The notes beneath the pieces were generated by a model. That model saw only the letters and a program-made list of their open reading frames with translations. It was not told the DNA's origin and did no database searches. The translations under genes were made by a program, and so were the position numbers. A DNA stretch of 63,939 nucleotides, filler included, from Octopus bimaculoides (taxonomy: Eukaryota): assembly GCF_001194135.2 (NCBI RefSeq). It is 4 parts of 4 records of this genome, joined end to end, with 100 filler letters (N's around TTAATTAATTAA, not from the genome) between each part and the next. Parts side by side here need not be neighbours in the genome. Positions count along the whole stretch, not along the records: positions 56,803 to 63,939 come from NC_068983.1; 3 more parts are not named here. One strand, written 5' to 3'. This document shows, in pieces, positions 62,664 through 63,939 of this stretch; the stretch's first letter is position 1, and each line of letters opens with the position of its first letter.

Positions 62664-63720
62664 ATGGTTTGGTGGTTTATCTGTTAGTGTGTTTGTGTGT
62701 GTGTGTGTGTGTATGACGAAGTGGAAGGAATTAGTAGCAGGAATGGTTAGTGGATGCTTATAGACAGTGTTAGTTGGAAGGTCAACAGGCGGTTTTTTGA
62801 GTATGTGTGTGTGTTTGTGTGAGGTTGTAGGTGTTGGGTACGTGTACGTGTGTGTGTGTGTATTTTGTACGTGTGCGTGTGTGTATGTGTATGTTTTTGT
62901 GCGTGCGTGTGTGTTTGTGTGTATGTGTATGTGTATGTTGTGTATATGTGCGTTGCTGNNNNNNNNNNNNNNNNNNNNNNNNNNNNNNNNNNNNNNNNNN
63001 NNNNNNNNNNNNNNNNNNNNNNNNNNNNNNNNNNNNNNNNNNNNNNNNNNNNNNNNNNNNNNNNNNNNNNNNNNNNNNNNNNNNNNNNNNNNNNNNNNNN
63101 NNNNNNNNNNNNNNNNNNNNNNNNNNNNNNNNNNNNNNNNNNNNNNNNNNNNNNNNNNNNNNNNNNNNNNNNNNNNNNNNNNNNNNNNNNNNNNNNNNNN
63201 NNNNNNNNNNNNNNNNNNNNNNNNNNNNNNNNNNNNNNNNNNNNNNNNNNNNNNNNNNNNNNNNNNNNNNNNNNNNNNNNNNNNNNNNNNNNNNNNNNAT
63301 GTGCGTTCGTCTATATGTGTGTGTGAGGGCGCGCATGTATGTTTGTCATGTATGTGGGCGGTATATATGTAAGGCGTATGGGAGGTATGTGAGGTATGTG
63401 TGAATGGGGGTATGTATGGGTTGTCAGGTGTGTGGGAGGTATTTGTGAATGGGGGTATATGTGGGTTATGTGTGCAAGGGTGTGTATGCTTGGGTGTGTG
63501 TGTGTGTGTGTATATTTGCGTGATTGTTTGCGTGATTGTTAGCGTGTGTGTGTATGCGCAAGTGTGCGTGTGTATGTGCGTTTGTATAAGTGTGTGGGCG
63601 AGTCTGAGCGTGTGAGTGCATGCATATGTGTTGTGTGTGTGTGGTGTGTTGGGGGTCGGTGTGCTTACATGTGTGTGTATGTGTGCGTGTATTTTTGTGT
63701 GTGGGTATGTGTGCGTGTAG
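62570..63720. repeat. Degenerate (TG)n/(TATG)n low-complexity tract with N gap
   Basis: Directly visible; many similar CA/TG/TA tracts occur across 19.3-56.7 kb. Confidence 0.95.
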
Positions 63721-63939
63721 GAAGGGGTAAGATAAAAAGTGGAAAAATGTAGTGAGTGTAATAACAAGAGAATAATGGATATAATGTAAAGGGGACGAGG
63801 GGGGGGGGTAAAAAAAATAAAAATAAAAAATAAAAAATAAAGAAAAGTGTTGCATAGACGTAAAGGGGAGAGTCATAAGGAGGAGGGGGCTGCGTTGAGT
63901 CCGAAGGGGAAAAAAGAATTAAGGTTAAAAATATAGCGT

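Overview
Eukaryotic, AT-rich, gappy draft-assembly DNA dominated by repeats. The SINE families and microsatellite load look like a cephalopod (Octopus-type) genome; this is recognition and inference, not a database result. No rRNA, true tRNA gene or CRISPR array was found. Three 100-bp gaps contain a TTAATTAATTAA six-frame-stop linker (21760, 46173, 56747), so the window is probably four joined pieces. 1-19.2 kb is a dense nest of decayed mobile elements: five minus-strand Tx1-clade LINE pieces, three plus-strand R4/Dong LINE pieces, Tc1, piggyBac, SINEs and a ~550-bp unclassified element, many of them docked in (AAT)n/(GAT)n arrays. 19-26 kb holds Penelope GIY-YIG remnants, mariner relics, SINEs and palindromic MITEs. 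27-44 kb is mostly unique or SINE-containing DNA with a low-to-moderate-confidence minus-strand host gene (signal-peptide-like exon at 29175-29277, RFX/ETS motifs at ~42.3 kb). 42-56 kb has hAT MITEs, a local duplication, a Hero-type LINE with a 26-bp TSD, mariner derivatives and a hammerhead-ribozyme relic. 56.8-62.2 kb is visibly CpG-depleted, suggesting a methylated gene body, and contains a second AAT-docked element chain. A second hammerhead relic lies at 62.4 kb. Most ORFs in the supplied track are microsatellite or N-gap artefacts.
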